From Cyanophyceae cyanobacterium (GTDB taxonomy: Bacteria; Cyanobacteriota; Cyanobacteriia; Cyanobacteriales; JBHJGN01), in contig JBHJGN010000069.1 in assembly GCA_050331735.1 (NCBI GenBank), forward strand, positions 1 through 16,512: a stretch of 16,512 nucleotides of DNA, written 5' to 3'. Below the pieces are notes generated by a model. That model saw only the letters and a list, made by a program, of their open reading frames with translations. It searched no databases and was not told the origin of the DNA. How positions within the stretch are numbered: the first letter of the stretch is position 1; every line of letters starts with the position of its first letter. A program made the position numbers and the translations under genes. Shown here piece after piece: positions 1 through 8,272 of the stretch.

Positions 1-1
1 A

Positions 2-529
2 CTACAAAGAACTCAGACTGAGTTAGCCGAGTTTCACTGTGTACTGGTGCGAAAGTCAATTTTTGACAAACTGCATCAGCTAGACGAAGACATTCTCTGC
101 ACAAAAGAGCATCTAGATTTCTGCATCAGTGTACAGGCAGCAGGCGGTATTGTCTATTTTGAGCCCAGTGCAGTTGTTACCTATGTGCCAGGTTCTCCGC
201 TGAAGCTCTCCGATGTCCATTTTTATATGTTGCGGTGGAGTGATCAATGGACACTGAAAAGCTTGCAGCGTCTCCGTGAGAAGTGGGATCTAGCCGAAGA
301 TGGCTACTTTCAAAATAAGTATGAAAAAATAGGCTGTAGGCGCTACGTCACGATCCTGGTACCGCTGGCGCGTAAATTAACGCTAGGCATCGGCTCAAGA
401 ACCGTAGCAAGAGTGCTTTGGAAGGTGGAACGAGTATTCAACCGATTTCTAACCTGGCAGCATCGACAACAGCAGATCCATCTCCAAGCTATCGCGAATT
501 ATGAATCGGCTACTTCAACTAGCAACTAG
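2..529 (+). CDS. Glycosyltransferase family 2-like protein, C-terminal part (5' end outside the window)
   Basis: The frame is open from base 2 (LQRTQTELAEFHCVLVRKSIFDKL...), so the GTG at 47 is internal. EFHCxLVR...DE...EHLDFC..V..AGG.VYFEP.AVVTY resembles the C-terminal half of GT-A/GT2 enzymes. It is co-oriented with sulfotransferase-like and GH10 genes. Confidence 0.7.
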   Translation, partial: LQRTQTELAEFHCVLVRKSIFDKLHQLDEDILCTKEHLDFCISVQAAGGIVYFEPSAVVTYVPGSPLKLSDVHFYMLRWSDQWTLKSLQRLREKWDLAEDGYFQNKYEKIGCRRYVTILVPLARKLTLGIGSRTVARVLWKVERVFNRFLTWQHRQQQIHLQAIANYESATSTSN

Positions 530-601
530 CCTCCCTAAAGTAGTTACCACCCTTTCAGCGAACAAGAATCAGCCTTCTGCTGTAAAAAACTTTAGATAAC
601 A

Positions 602-1474
602 ATGATTAAAACTCCCCTTCTCGACTTTGAACGGATTTCTAGGAAATTTAAACGCATCACCGGAACTAAGGTCAACGCGAAGCAGCTTTTTTGTTTTTGT
701 GGTCTTAAACGTTCTGGGCTGCATGCCGTTTCGTTTTGGCTATTAGGGCATAAAGATCACAATGCTTTTATTAATAACAAACCCTTGAAGCGGGCAGGCA
801 AAGGCTCACCTATGAGCCGAACAGTACCGACCAGTCCGTTACCTGTTAGAGTTCGCGTTGGCGACCCCATCCGTGTTTGCAAAGATTATCGCGAGAAAGC
901 GGCTCCACTTCCCGACCACGTTGACTTGCTCATTATCCTTTTCCAGAGTCAACACTTGTGGCACTTACGAGCAAATGAACCGATTGTTTCAGGGGTTGAA
1001 GCGAAGGAAATTCAATGCATCTTTCTCTTGCGAGATCCCTTCAATTGGGCCGCGTCCTATATGCAAAAGTCTCAGCATCCTGATGATGTCAATGTTTGGC
1101 CTGGTATGTGGAAAGCCTACGCTCAGGAATATTTAGGCATCACTCATTATCTACCTGAAAAAGTATTGATTAATTACAACCAGTGGTTCGCCGAGCGGAC
1201 GTACCGCCAACAAATTTCAGCTGAGCTTGGCCTAGCCTTTACCGATGAAACCGTGAATATGGTAACTCATCATGCAGGGGGGAGCTCCTTTGATCGAACG
1301 AGCTTCAATCGCGGCGCACAGCAAATGTCAGTCATGAATCGCTGGCAGCATTTTAGAGAAAACCATGCGTACAAGGAAGCCTTTCGAAAACACCCAGAGA
1401 TTATCGATCTCTCTAAGCAGATTTTTCATCTCCCCCCCGAATTGGCTGAGTTTTCGAGGAGTCTTAAACGGTAA
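602..1474 (+). CDS. Sulfotransferase-like protein (P-loop sulfotransferase fold)
   Basis: GLKRSGLHAVSFWL resembles the 5'-phosphosulfate-binding loop (G-x-x-RSG), IFLLRDPFNWAAS matches the 3'-phosphate-binding R-D-P...S motif, and LINYNQW corresponds to the usual 'vrYEdl' strand. Confidence 0.65.
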   Translation: MIKTPLLDFERISRKFKRITGTKVNAKQLFCFCGLKRSGLHAVSFWLLGHKDHNAFINNKPLKRAGKGSPMSRTVPTSPLPVRVRVGDPIRVCKDYREKAAPLPDHVDLLIILFQSQHLWHLRANEPIVSGVEAKEIQCIFLLRDPFNWAASYMQKSQHPDDVNVWPGMWKAYAQEYLGITHYLPEKVLINYNQWFAERTYRQQISAELGLAFTDETVNMVTHHAGGSSFDRTSFNRGAQQMSVMNRWQHFRENHAYKEAFRKHPEIIDLSKQIFHLPPELAEFSRSLKR

Positions 1475-1498
1475 ACAACGCTAAGGAAGGAGCGTCTA

Positions 1499-2635
1499 AT
1501 GAAGGTTGGCAAGCATTTAAAGCGAAGCGTCTGGTTGGTTCTAGGTGCGGGTTTGGTTCTGACAGTTTTCCTGCTGAAGCCAGTGTTGCCCCCACTCGAC
1601 AATTCTATGGTCTCTAGTCAGGCTCCGTCCTTGTCCGCTGAAGAATCGACTGCTGACAAGTTGACAGAAAATCCTGTCGCGCTTAGAGAACTGGCTCAAC
1701 AGAAAAATGTTCGCGTTGGGGCCGCTGTCCTCATGGATCTGTTTAAAGATGATGCTGATTATCGATCGCTCTTGGCTAGGGAGTTTAATTCTCTCACGCC
1801 AGAAAATGCGATGAAATTTGCGCGGCTTCAGCCGAAGCCCGGTCGCTATCGCTTCTCAGATGCCGATGATTTAATGGACTTTGCTAAAGCTCATCAAATG
1901 CAGGTACATGGTCATGTGCTGGTATGGCATCGCAATTTGCCGAACTGGTTAACCGACAAAACCTGGTCACGTCAAGCGCTGAAGCAAATTCTGAAACGGC
2001 ATATCTTTACAGTTGTTGGTCGCTATCGAGGACAGGTTGCCGCCTGGGATGTGGTGAACGAGGCTGTCGAACGCCAAGGGCAGCTGAGAGAGTCTATCTG
2101 GTCAAAGACAATTGGTCCTGACTACATTGAATTAGCATTTCGGTGGGCACACGAAGCTGATCCAGGGGCTAAGTTGTTCTACAACGACTATCGCGGCGAA
2201 GGCTTAGGACGAAAATCTGATGCTATATACGCACTTGCTCAGGAGTTGCTACAGCGAGATGTGCCTATCTCTGGAGTGGGATTGCAAATGCACACCAGCA
2301 TTCAAGATGCACCGAAACCCGAAAAGATAGCAGCCAACATTCGCCGACTCAATGATCTGGGGTTATCGGTTCGTATCACCGAGATGGACGTTCAGATTTA
2401 CGGGGATGAGCGCCCGGAAGCGGAAAGGCTACAGGCCCAAGCAGCCGTCTACCAAGACACGATGGCAGTTTGCTTAGCCGCCACAGACTGCACAGGACTA
2501 ACCACTTGGGGCATCAGCGATCGCCATTCTTGGATTCCCGCATTTTTCGATCGCCCAGATGCCCCGCTACTGTTTGATGAAGACTATCAACGCAAGCCTG
2601 CCTATGACGCGCTCATCGATGCTTTAGATCCATAA
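1499..2635 (+). CDS. Glycoside hydrolase family 10 (endo-1,4-beta-xylanase-like) with N-terminal signal/membrane anchor
   Basis: GH10 motifs TPENAMK, GHVLVWH, WDVVNE (acid/base Glu), LFYNDY, GLQMH, ITEMDV (nucleophile Glu), TWGISDRHSW and PLLFD...KPAY are present. The N-terminus is basic then hydrophobic, followed by an S/P-rich linker. A strong RBS (AAGGAG) lies upstream. Confidence 0.93.
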   Translation: MKVGKHLKRSVWLVLGAGLVLTVFLLKPVLPPLDNSMVSSQAPSLSAEESTADKLTENPVALRELAQQKNVRVGAAVLMDLFKDDADYRSLLAREFNSLTPENAMKFARLQPKPGRYRFSDADDLMDFAKAHQMQVHGHVLVWHRNLPNWLTDKTWSRQALKQILKRHIFTVVGRYRGQVAAWDVVNEAVERQGQLRESIWSKTIGPDYIELAFRWAHEADPGAKLFYNDYRGEGLGRKSDAIYALAQELLQRDVPISGVGLQMHTSIQDAPKPEKIAANIRRLNDLGLSVRITEMDVQIYGDERPEAERLQAQAAVYQDTMAVCLAATDCTGLTTWGISDRHSWIPAFFDRPDAPLLFDEDYQRKPAYDALIDALDP

Positions 2636-2810
2636 AAAAACTTCAGTTTTCCTTCCCGCATCTTCGATTATGTGTTGTTAAATAGCTGCTGATTTCTCTG
2701 CCCTCAGCCGCTGTCTTCAATTCTCCCACCTGATCATTACCGAGCCAGCAACGCCCGTTTTTTTAAAACTTGTGTCAACGCTAGCATAATATAAATCCCA
2801 AACGCGATCG

Positions 2811-2854
2811 CAGATGGGAGAGAAACACTGCCGCAAACTGGCAATATCCATCTG
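2811..2854. terminator. Imperfect hairpin between convergent genes, possible terminator or stabiliser
   Basis: CAGATGG (2811-2817) pairs with CCATCTG (2848-2854), with an inner TGCC/GGCA stem. There is no clear U-tract. Confidence 0.25.
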
Positions 2855-2908
2855 GCACTCGTAGCACTAGTTAACCATCAACTATTAACAGTTAGCAAGC
2901 TTCTCCCA

Positions 2909-3595
2909 TCAATCCGTCTTGCTACGAAGACGATAACCGCTTCCATAAACTGTTTCGAGCAAATCTGCTGTCATTCCTGCTTCTTTAAGCTTGCGTCGCA
3001 AATTTGTGATATGGGTTCTGACTGTTCTATCTTCAGCTTTGATAATCTTGTCCAGTTCCCACAGCTTCTCCAAAATCGCCGAGCGACTAAACACCTGATG
3101 CGGATTACGGAGGAACAATTCCAAAATCATGTACTCCTTGGGAGTCAGAGCAAGCACTTCTCCGGCGTATGTTACTTCTCTAGTAGTGGAGTTGAGTTTT
3201 AGCTTGCCATGACTCAAAATTGTCGGTCTAGCTTCAAAGCTTCTGCGCGATAAGGCGCGGATGCGGGCTGTTAGTTCTTCGAGTTCAAAGGGTTTAACCA
3301 GATAGTCATCTGCTCCAGCATCCAGTCCTACTACTTTATCGCTGGTGGTATCTCTTGCTGTCAGCATCAAAATCAGCGCTGGAGATTGAGTTGCCCGGAG
3401 CTTTTTGCAGAGGCTAATGCCATCTAGATTAGGCAACATCAGATCTAACAAAATTAAGTCGTATGCTATTACCTGCGAGTATTGCCAGCCCTCAGCACCA
3501 TCACTGGCAATCTCGATTGTATGATGCTGATATTTGAGGTCTTCTGCTAATGGTTTGGCAATGCGATCATCATCTTCCACAATTAAAATTCTCAC
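2909..3595 (-). CDS. OmpR/PhoB-family DNA-binding response regulator (receiver plus winged helix)
   Basis: Motifs RILIVEDD, DLILLDLMLP (phospho-Asp), LMLTA, GLDAGADDYLVKPF, LTPKE, VRTHITNLRRKL and ETVYGSGYRL. The start is more likely the GTG at 3595 (preceded by GAAGGGG) than the TTG at 3664 in the ORF track. Confidence 0.93.
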   Translation of the reverse strand: MRILIVEDDDRIAKPLAEDLKYQHHTIEIASDGAEGWQYSQVIAYDLILLDLMLPNLDGISLCKKLRATQSPALILMLTARDTTSDKVVGLDAGADDYLVKPFELEELTARIRALSRRSFEARPTILSHGKLKLNSTTREVTYAGEVLALTPKEYMILELFLRNPHQVFSRSAILEKLWELDKIIKAEDRTVRTHITNLRRKLKEAGMTADLLETVYGSGYRLRSKTD

Positions 3596-3803
3596 CGCTT
3601 CCCCTTCATCTACTGCACTAGACCTAGAGTTTAGAAGAAAAGCTTTGGTCAACTGAAGAGTCAAAAGGATGAAATTGCTTCGCTGTCTTAATTCATTTCT
3701 TTAAACACTCCTTTTACGAGGTTGTGGGTTTCTCAAAACTGTAGCACCGCTTTTTCCCCAAACTCTAGCGCTAGCGTCCATATTTACAGAGGCGACTTGA
3801 GGA

Positions 3804-5180
3804 CTAAACAATGTCGACAGCTTCTTCCTTTTCCAGCTTCAGTCCTCTTAGTCGTTCAATCGTTTCGACAAATTCTCGCTCAAAGCCAACCTGGGCGCGG
3901 TTGGTTCTGCCGCCGATGTAAAAGCGATCGCCACTCTGAAGCACCCAAATCTGAGAGTAAGAGATATAGCTCATCACTACTCCCACCATCAGTAGGCCAA
4001 AGCCAGTATAGACAAACGGCACGCCCGGATCGGCTTTAATTTGCAAGCCAGTGCTGCCGATTAAATCGATCACTTTTAAATTGACTCCATTAATGGAAAG
4101 CGTCATGCTGGGACGAACGGCACTCACCAACTCTCCCTCATTGTTATACACAAACATCGTGCCCTGAAGGTCTCGCGTCAGCAGGGACACGCCCTGAGTT
4201 AAATCGGGTCGAGTTGGTATCCAAGTTCCCCAGAGCCGTCCCTCCGTAACGGTGGGCACTTCCGCCATCGGTAGCTGAAAAATTGGGCTATTGTTGATCT
4301 GCACCTGAACAGCGGCAACGCCCCAGTTCGTTTGGTAAAAAGTAACGCCCCGATAGCGCAGTGGCTGGTTAACGTAGATTGTTTGACGATCTAATTCTGC
4401 CCCTTGCTCGTCAACTACCGATAAATCCGAGTAAAACTGATCGATACTGCCATCTGGGGTATAGTCGATCCAGAAGCGATTGACCCGCACCGCCCAATCT
4501 TGGGGAACGCGAGCTTTAGAGAAAGGACCAGCTTCAAATATATTCTGCACTCGAAACGTTTCACCGCTTGCCACCATCTCCTGAGCTAGGAATCCGGTGA
4601 GTGCTCCCCAAATTGCCCCTGCAAGGATAATGAGCATGGCGGCGTGAACCACAATCGGACCGATTCTGCCAGCGATGCCTTTACGGGCGTAGAGAGTCTC
4701 GTCTTCTTGAAAAACTAGATAGCCCCGTCGCTCTAGTAGCGGCACAACAGCACCCAGAGAACCGTTCGCTAGTTCAGCGCTAAGGGCTAGTTTAGCGAAC
4801 TGACGCGGTTGAGTATAGTATTGCCAGCGACGGGCGGCTTTAAGGGCCGGAAACTGGCGCTTAAAGGTACAGGCCGTTAGACTCGTGCCGAATAGCACCA
4901 GGAGCGATAAAAACCACCAGGTTGAATAAACGTGGTTCAAGCCTAGGGTGAGAATTACTTTCCAGGTTAGGAACCCGAACAGTGCCGGGGATTCGGGATA
5001 ATTCTGCTGATAAAAAGTCAGAGACTGTCCCTGTTCAATCACTGTCCCGCTGATGCTAAAGAGAGCGATCGCCAGCAGCAGTACAATGGCTAAACGCAGG
5101 TCGGCAACGGTTTGGATCAGGCGACGAAACCCCTGCCGTAGCCCGAGATTTGAAGATTGGTTTAAAGAATTGGATGACAT
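3804..5180 (-). CDS. ccs1: Cytochrome c biogenesis protein Ccs1/CcsB (ResB family)
   Basis: Motifs [78 protein letters not shown] and [11 protein letters not shown]. Adjacent to ccdA. Confidence 0.95.
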   Translation of the reverse strand: MSSNSLNQSSNLGLRQGFRRLIQTVADLRLAIVLLLAIALFSISGTVIEQGQSLTFYQQNYPESPALFGFLTWKVILTLGLNHVYSTWWFLSLLVLFGTSLTACTFKRQFPALKAARRWQYYTQPRQFAKLALSAELANGSLGAVVPLLERRGYLVFQEDETLYARKGIAGRIGPIVVHAAMLIILAGAIWGALTGFLAQEMVASGETFRVQNIFEAGPFSKARVPQDWAVRVNRFWIDYTPDGSIDQFYSDLSVVDEQGAELDRQTIYVNQPLRYRGVTFYQTNWGVAAVQVQINNSPIFQLPMAEVPTVTEGRLWGTWIPTRPDLTQGVSLLTRDLQGTMFVYNNEGELVSAVRPSMTLSINGVNLKVIDLIGSTGLQIKADPGVPFVYTGFGLLMVGVVMSYISYSQIWVLQSGDRFYIGGRTNRAQVGFEREFVETIERLRGLKLEKEEAVDIV

Positions 5181-5356
5181 TTAAAATTAAATATTGATTG
5201 CTAAACTGCTGAGACGCTACCTATCTTGGGTTTCTGTTGGCATTGCTGATTGTCTAGTGGCAGACTTGTCTCAATGGGTTTGAACTTAGCAACTCATGAC
5301 TAACAGCGGCCATCCCAATCATTACTGCTACAGCAATGCCTCTATCTAATTTCTCA

Positions 5357-6088
5357 TCACGGTGTCGGAATCCGAGAGAGCAGAGAAACAACCCCAAATC
5401 CAATCAGTAAAGCGCCACTGACCGGATTAATCCATCCTGACCAGCGACGCAGTTCTAGCAAGTTCTTCAAAGAAGCAGTAAATGTTCCTGCTAAGATGAG
5501 CGGGGTCACGTAGCCTACCGTATAGGCTAACAGTAAAGCAGCCCCCAGTACTAAATCTTGTGTTGCTGCTACCCAGGCGAGCAAAGTGGCTAGTACTGGC
5601 GTACTACAGGGAGAGGCAACCAGACCAAAGGTCAATCCGAGGAGGTAGGAGCGAACGCCATCCGGGAAGTCTTCCGTAATCCAGTCCGTTGCTCCTAGAG
5701 AGGGAAAGCGCAGCGGTACGATTTCTAGTAAGTTTAGCCCCATAACAATGGCAATGAGGCTAACGGCAATTGGAAGTCCGATGCCGACCTGCCCGTACAC
5801 TCGTCCGACAGAGGCGGCGAGCACCCCTAATCCGGCTAGAGTCGTCGCCAATCCAAGAGCAAACCAGGCAGACTGCACGGCTGAATGAGCTCGGCCCTGT
5901 GCTTCGTAGCCACCGATATAGCCAACCGTAATCGGCAGCATCGACAGCATACAGGGAGTAAGGCTGGTGAGGAGTCCGGCGAAGAAAATGATTGCCACAC
6001 TGACAACGCTCAAATGAGTAAGCTGATTCAAGACAAGATGATTAGCAAACTGTTCGAGATGGTAAAGCTGAGTTTGAATATTGAGCAT
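5357..6088 (-). CDS. ccdA: Cytochrome c biogenesis thiol-disulfide transporter CcdA (DsbD transmembrane domain)
   Basis: Polytopic membrane protein with the two redox Cys motifs AGLLTSLTPCMLSMLP and GLVASPCSTPVLA. Lies upstream of ccs1. Confidence 0.95.
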   Translation of the reverse strand: MLNIQTQLYHLEQFANHLVLNQLTHLSVVSVAIIFFAGLLTSLTPCMLSMLPITVGYIGGYEAQGRAHSAVQSAWFALGLATTLAGLGVLAASVGRVYGQVGIGLPIAVSLIAIVMGLNLLEIVPLRFPSLGATDWITEDFPDGVRSYLLGLTFGLVASPCSTPVLATLLAWVAATQDLVLGAALLLAYTVGYVTPLILAGTFTASLKNLLELRRWSGWINPVSGALLIGFGVVSLLSRIPTP

Positions 6089-6220
6089 GAAGCAGGTTAG
6101 AGAAAAGTCTTACTCTGCTTGAATTGTAGCTTATTGTTCGTTTAATCTTCGCCCCTAGCTGCCTGCTTGCCATTAAGAGTTCGTGCTGAGCGTTTTACCA
6201 CAGCCACTAGTCGTTCCATC

Positions 6221-6240
6221 GTGTTAATTTGATTTACACT
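6221..6240 (+). promoter_or_regulatory. Imperfect palindrome (possible operator) overlapping a candidate -10 box for the pot operon
   Basis: GTGTtAA-TTTGA-TTtACAC (6221-6239); TACACT at 6235-6240 fits the TAnnnT -10 consensus. It lies in the ccdA/potB divergent region. Confidence 0.3.
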
Positions 6241-6276
6241 TAACGACAGCGAAGCTTGTGTCATCAACTCGCTTCC

Positions 6277-6403
6277 ATGGCTGCTTGCCTGCGGTCCTGT
6301 CCCGAACATTGCTAACTGACGATTCTAGAGGCGACTCATCGGGCTAAGGGATCGATCAGGCATGAGCAGAACGCAGGGTTGCCGACCTGAGAGCAACCCG
6401 TGA
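6277..6403 (+). promoter_or_regulatory. Structured 5' leader of the pot operon with two short uORFs (candidate cis-regulatory RNA)
   Basis: Rod hairpin 6281-6369 (about 23 bp in three helices, G-U pairs favour the + strand), GGGTTGC/GCAACCC hairpin 6376-6399, and uORFs 6277-6315 and 6362-6403. Confidence 0.35.
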
Positions 6404-6442
6404 CCGAAAAACAAGTGAACGCTGACCCCAATTTGGCTGACG

Positions 6443-7324
6443 ATGATAACTTGGCAGCAACAGCAGCAATCGACCCGAAGACGCCGCAGCAACTCGCTCA
6501 TTCTGTTGTTGCCAGCAACGGTATGGCTGCTGATTTTTTTTGTCTTTCCCTTACTCCTGGTGCTGGTATATAGCTTTCTCGAACGGGGAACCTATGGCGG
6601 CGTTACCTGGACATTCACCCTCAGCAACTATCAGCGGTTGGCCGATCCGCTCTACTTGGGGGTATTTCTGCGTTCTTTTTGGCTAGCCCTGATTACCACC
6701 TGCGCCTGCCTGCTGATTGGCTATCCCCTCGCTTTTTTGATTGCCACTCGTCCTCCGCGCTGGCGCAACCCGCTGTTATTACTGGTGATTGTTCCTTTTT
6801 GGACTAATTTTTTAGTGCGGACCTACGCCTGGATTGTCTTACTGCGGACTGAAGGAGTCGTCAACGTTGTTTTGCAAGGTGTACACATTATCGATGCGCC
6901 TCTCAATCTTCTCTTTACCCCCTTAGCTGTGAGCATTGGTCTGGTGTATGGCTACCTCCCGTTTATGGTTTTGCCACTTTATGCCACGATGGAGCGGTTT
7001 GACTTTTCTCTCGTGCAGGCAGCTCAAGATTTAGGAGCCAACGACTGGCTGACTTTTATCCGGGTCGTCTGGCCTTTAACTATGCGCGGCGTTGTTGCTG
7101 GCTCGCTACTAGTGTTTATTCCGTCCGTGGGCGCTTTCATTACCCCCGACATTCTCGGTGGGGCTAAAACAATTATGGTTGGTACCCTTATTCAAAATCA
7201 GTTTCTCAGCGCTCGTCATTGGTCTTTTGGTTCTGCTCTCTCGATTGCTTTAATGGCCATGATTGTGATTCCTCTCATTGTGTATTCTCGCCTCCTAAGC
7301 TCGGAACCATCAGAACGAAATTAA
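6443..7324 (+). CDS. potB: Spermidine/putrescine ABC transporter permease PotB
   Basis: Motifs PFWTNFLVRTYAW, YGYLPFMVLPLY, the EAA loop LVQAAQDLGA, and FITPDILGGAK; multiple transmembrane segments. Confidence 0.9.
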   Translation: MITWQQQQQSTRRRRSNSLILLLPATVWLLIFFVFPLLLVLVYSFLERGTYGGVTWTFTLSNYQRLADPLYLGVFLRSFWLALITTCACLLIGYPLAFLIATRPPRWRNPLLLLVIVPFWTNFLVRTYAWIVLLRTEGVVNVVLQGVHIIDAPLNLLFTPLAVSIGLVYGYLPFMVLPLYATMERFDFSLVQAAQDLGANDWLTFIRVVWPLTMRGVVAGSLLVFIPSVGAFITPDILGGAKTIMVGTLIQNQFLSARHWSFGSALSIALMAMIVIPLIVYSRLLSSEPSERN

Positions 7325-8187
7325 TGGCAAAAATGGCAATCAAAATCGATCTCCTCATCCGCCAGGTAGGCAAACAAGTCATTTGGCTGTTTTCTTTGCT
7401 TGGATACGGTTTTCTCTATCTGCCGATCCTCATTTTGGTTCTCTATTCGTTCAATGCTTCTCGATTCAATGCGGTGTGGCAAGGGTTTACCTTGAACTGG
7501 TATCGCAGTCTGGTGTCGGGAGTCACAGACGGAACCAGCGCCATTGATACCGGGCAGATTTGGGAGGCTCTCCACAATAGTTTGCTAGTGGCGGTCGTAT
7601 CAACGCTTGTAGCGACTGTTTTGGGGACAATGCTAGCGCTGGCTTTAGAACGCTCCCGGTTCTCTGGGCGTTCTGCGCTGGAAGCGTTACTTCTGCTGCC
7701 GGTGATTATCCCAGATATCACAATGGGAATTTCTCTGCTGGTGTTTTTTTCTCTGGTGTTCGGACTGATAGAGAACCTGACCGGTGTGCGTCTGGTATTG
7801 GGGTTGCCTACGGTGATTATTGGTCATGTCGCCTTTAATATTTCTTTTGTAGCGATCGCCGTGCGGGCAAAAATTGCTGAGCTTGAACCAGCGATTGAAG
7901 AAGCGGCTTTAGATTTAGGCGCAAACGAATGGCAGACTTTACGACGGATCGTTCTGCCGTTGATTTTGCCGGGAATTATTAGTGCGGCTCTGCTGGCCTT
8001 TACCCTATCGCTAGATGACTTCGTGATTACCTTTTTTACCACCGGAGTAGGAGCAACCACCTTACCGCTGTATGTTTACGGAATGATTAAGTTTTCAGTG
8101 TCTCCAGCTATCAATGCGATTTCTACGGTGATGTTGCTCGCTTCTTTGCTGTTAGTTGTCTCGTCTTTCGCGGTCAAAAGGAGCTAA
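7324..8187 (+). CDS. potC: Spermidine/putrescine ABC transporter permease PotC
   Basis: Motifs FLYLPILILVLYSFN, W.GFTLNWY, EEAALDLGANEW and LLAFTLSLDDFVIT. The likely start is the ATG at 7324, overlapping the potB stop (TAATG), not the TTG at 7219. Confidence 0.9.
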   Translation: MAKMAIKIDLLIRQVGKQVIWLFSLLGYGFLYLPILILVLYSFNASRFNAVWQGFTLNWYRSLVSGVTDGTSAIDTGQIWEALHNSLLVAVVSTLVATVLGTMLALALERSRFSGRSALEALLLLPVIIPDITMGISLLVFFSLVFGLIENLTGVRLVLGLPTVIIGHVAFNISFVAIAVRAKIAELEPAIEEAALDLGANEWQTLRRIVLPLILPGIISAALLAFTLSLDDFVITFFTTGVGATTLPLYVYGMIKFSVSPAINAISTVMLLASLLLVVSSFAVKRS

Positions 8188-8258
8188 ATTCTGAACGCGC
8201 TTGAATCGCAGCAGTCAACCTCTTTCTAGCGTGACGTTAACGGTTAGGCAGTTTTGCT

Positions 8259-8272
8259 GTAACCGGACATAC
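8259..8272. promoter_or_regulatory. NtcA binding site upstream of potD
   Basis: tGTAaccggacaTACa is an exact GTA-N8-TAC with the preferred T/A flanks, in an AT-rich spacer 85 bp upstream of the potD ATG. A candidate extended -10 (TGaTAGGTT) is at 8317-8325. Confidence 0.6.

Noticed and set aside
2868..2895. Degenerate heptamers tagttaa/ccatcaa/ctattaa/cagttag
   Set aside because: Too divergent to call a repeat; at most a decayed STRR.
6126..6139. GTA-N8-TTC near-NtcA site upstream of ccdA
   Set aside because: One half-site is mismatched and there is no supporting -10 spacing; such matches are frequent by chance.
6299..6335. c-di-AMP riboswitch-like CCCGAAC...GCTAAC, hammerhead-like CTGACGA, and guanidine-II-like ACGA
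   Set aside because: These are isolated short words only. The upstream GCTGAA/GGGG elements, the GAAA core after stem II and the twin ACGR-capped stems are all missing.
6376..6430. TPP riboswitch resemblance (GGGTTGC...CTGAGAG...ACCCGT.ACC)
   Set aside because: The 3' half (CTGAT...TAATGC..GCGTAGGGA) is absent, and the segment pairs as a simple hairpin.
6455..6469. CAG/CAA run encoding QQQQQ at the PotB N-terminus
   Set aside because: Short, mixed-codon and in frame; no sign of a phase-variable tract.
7219..7323. Cys-rich N-terminal extension of PotC in the ORF track
   Set aside because: It overlaps the potB 3' end in another frame; the TAATG stop/start overlap at 7322-7326 gives the natural start.
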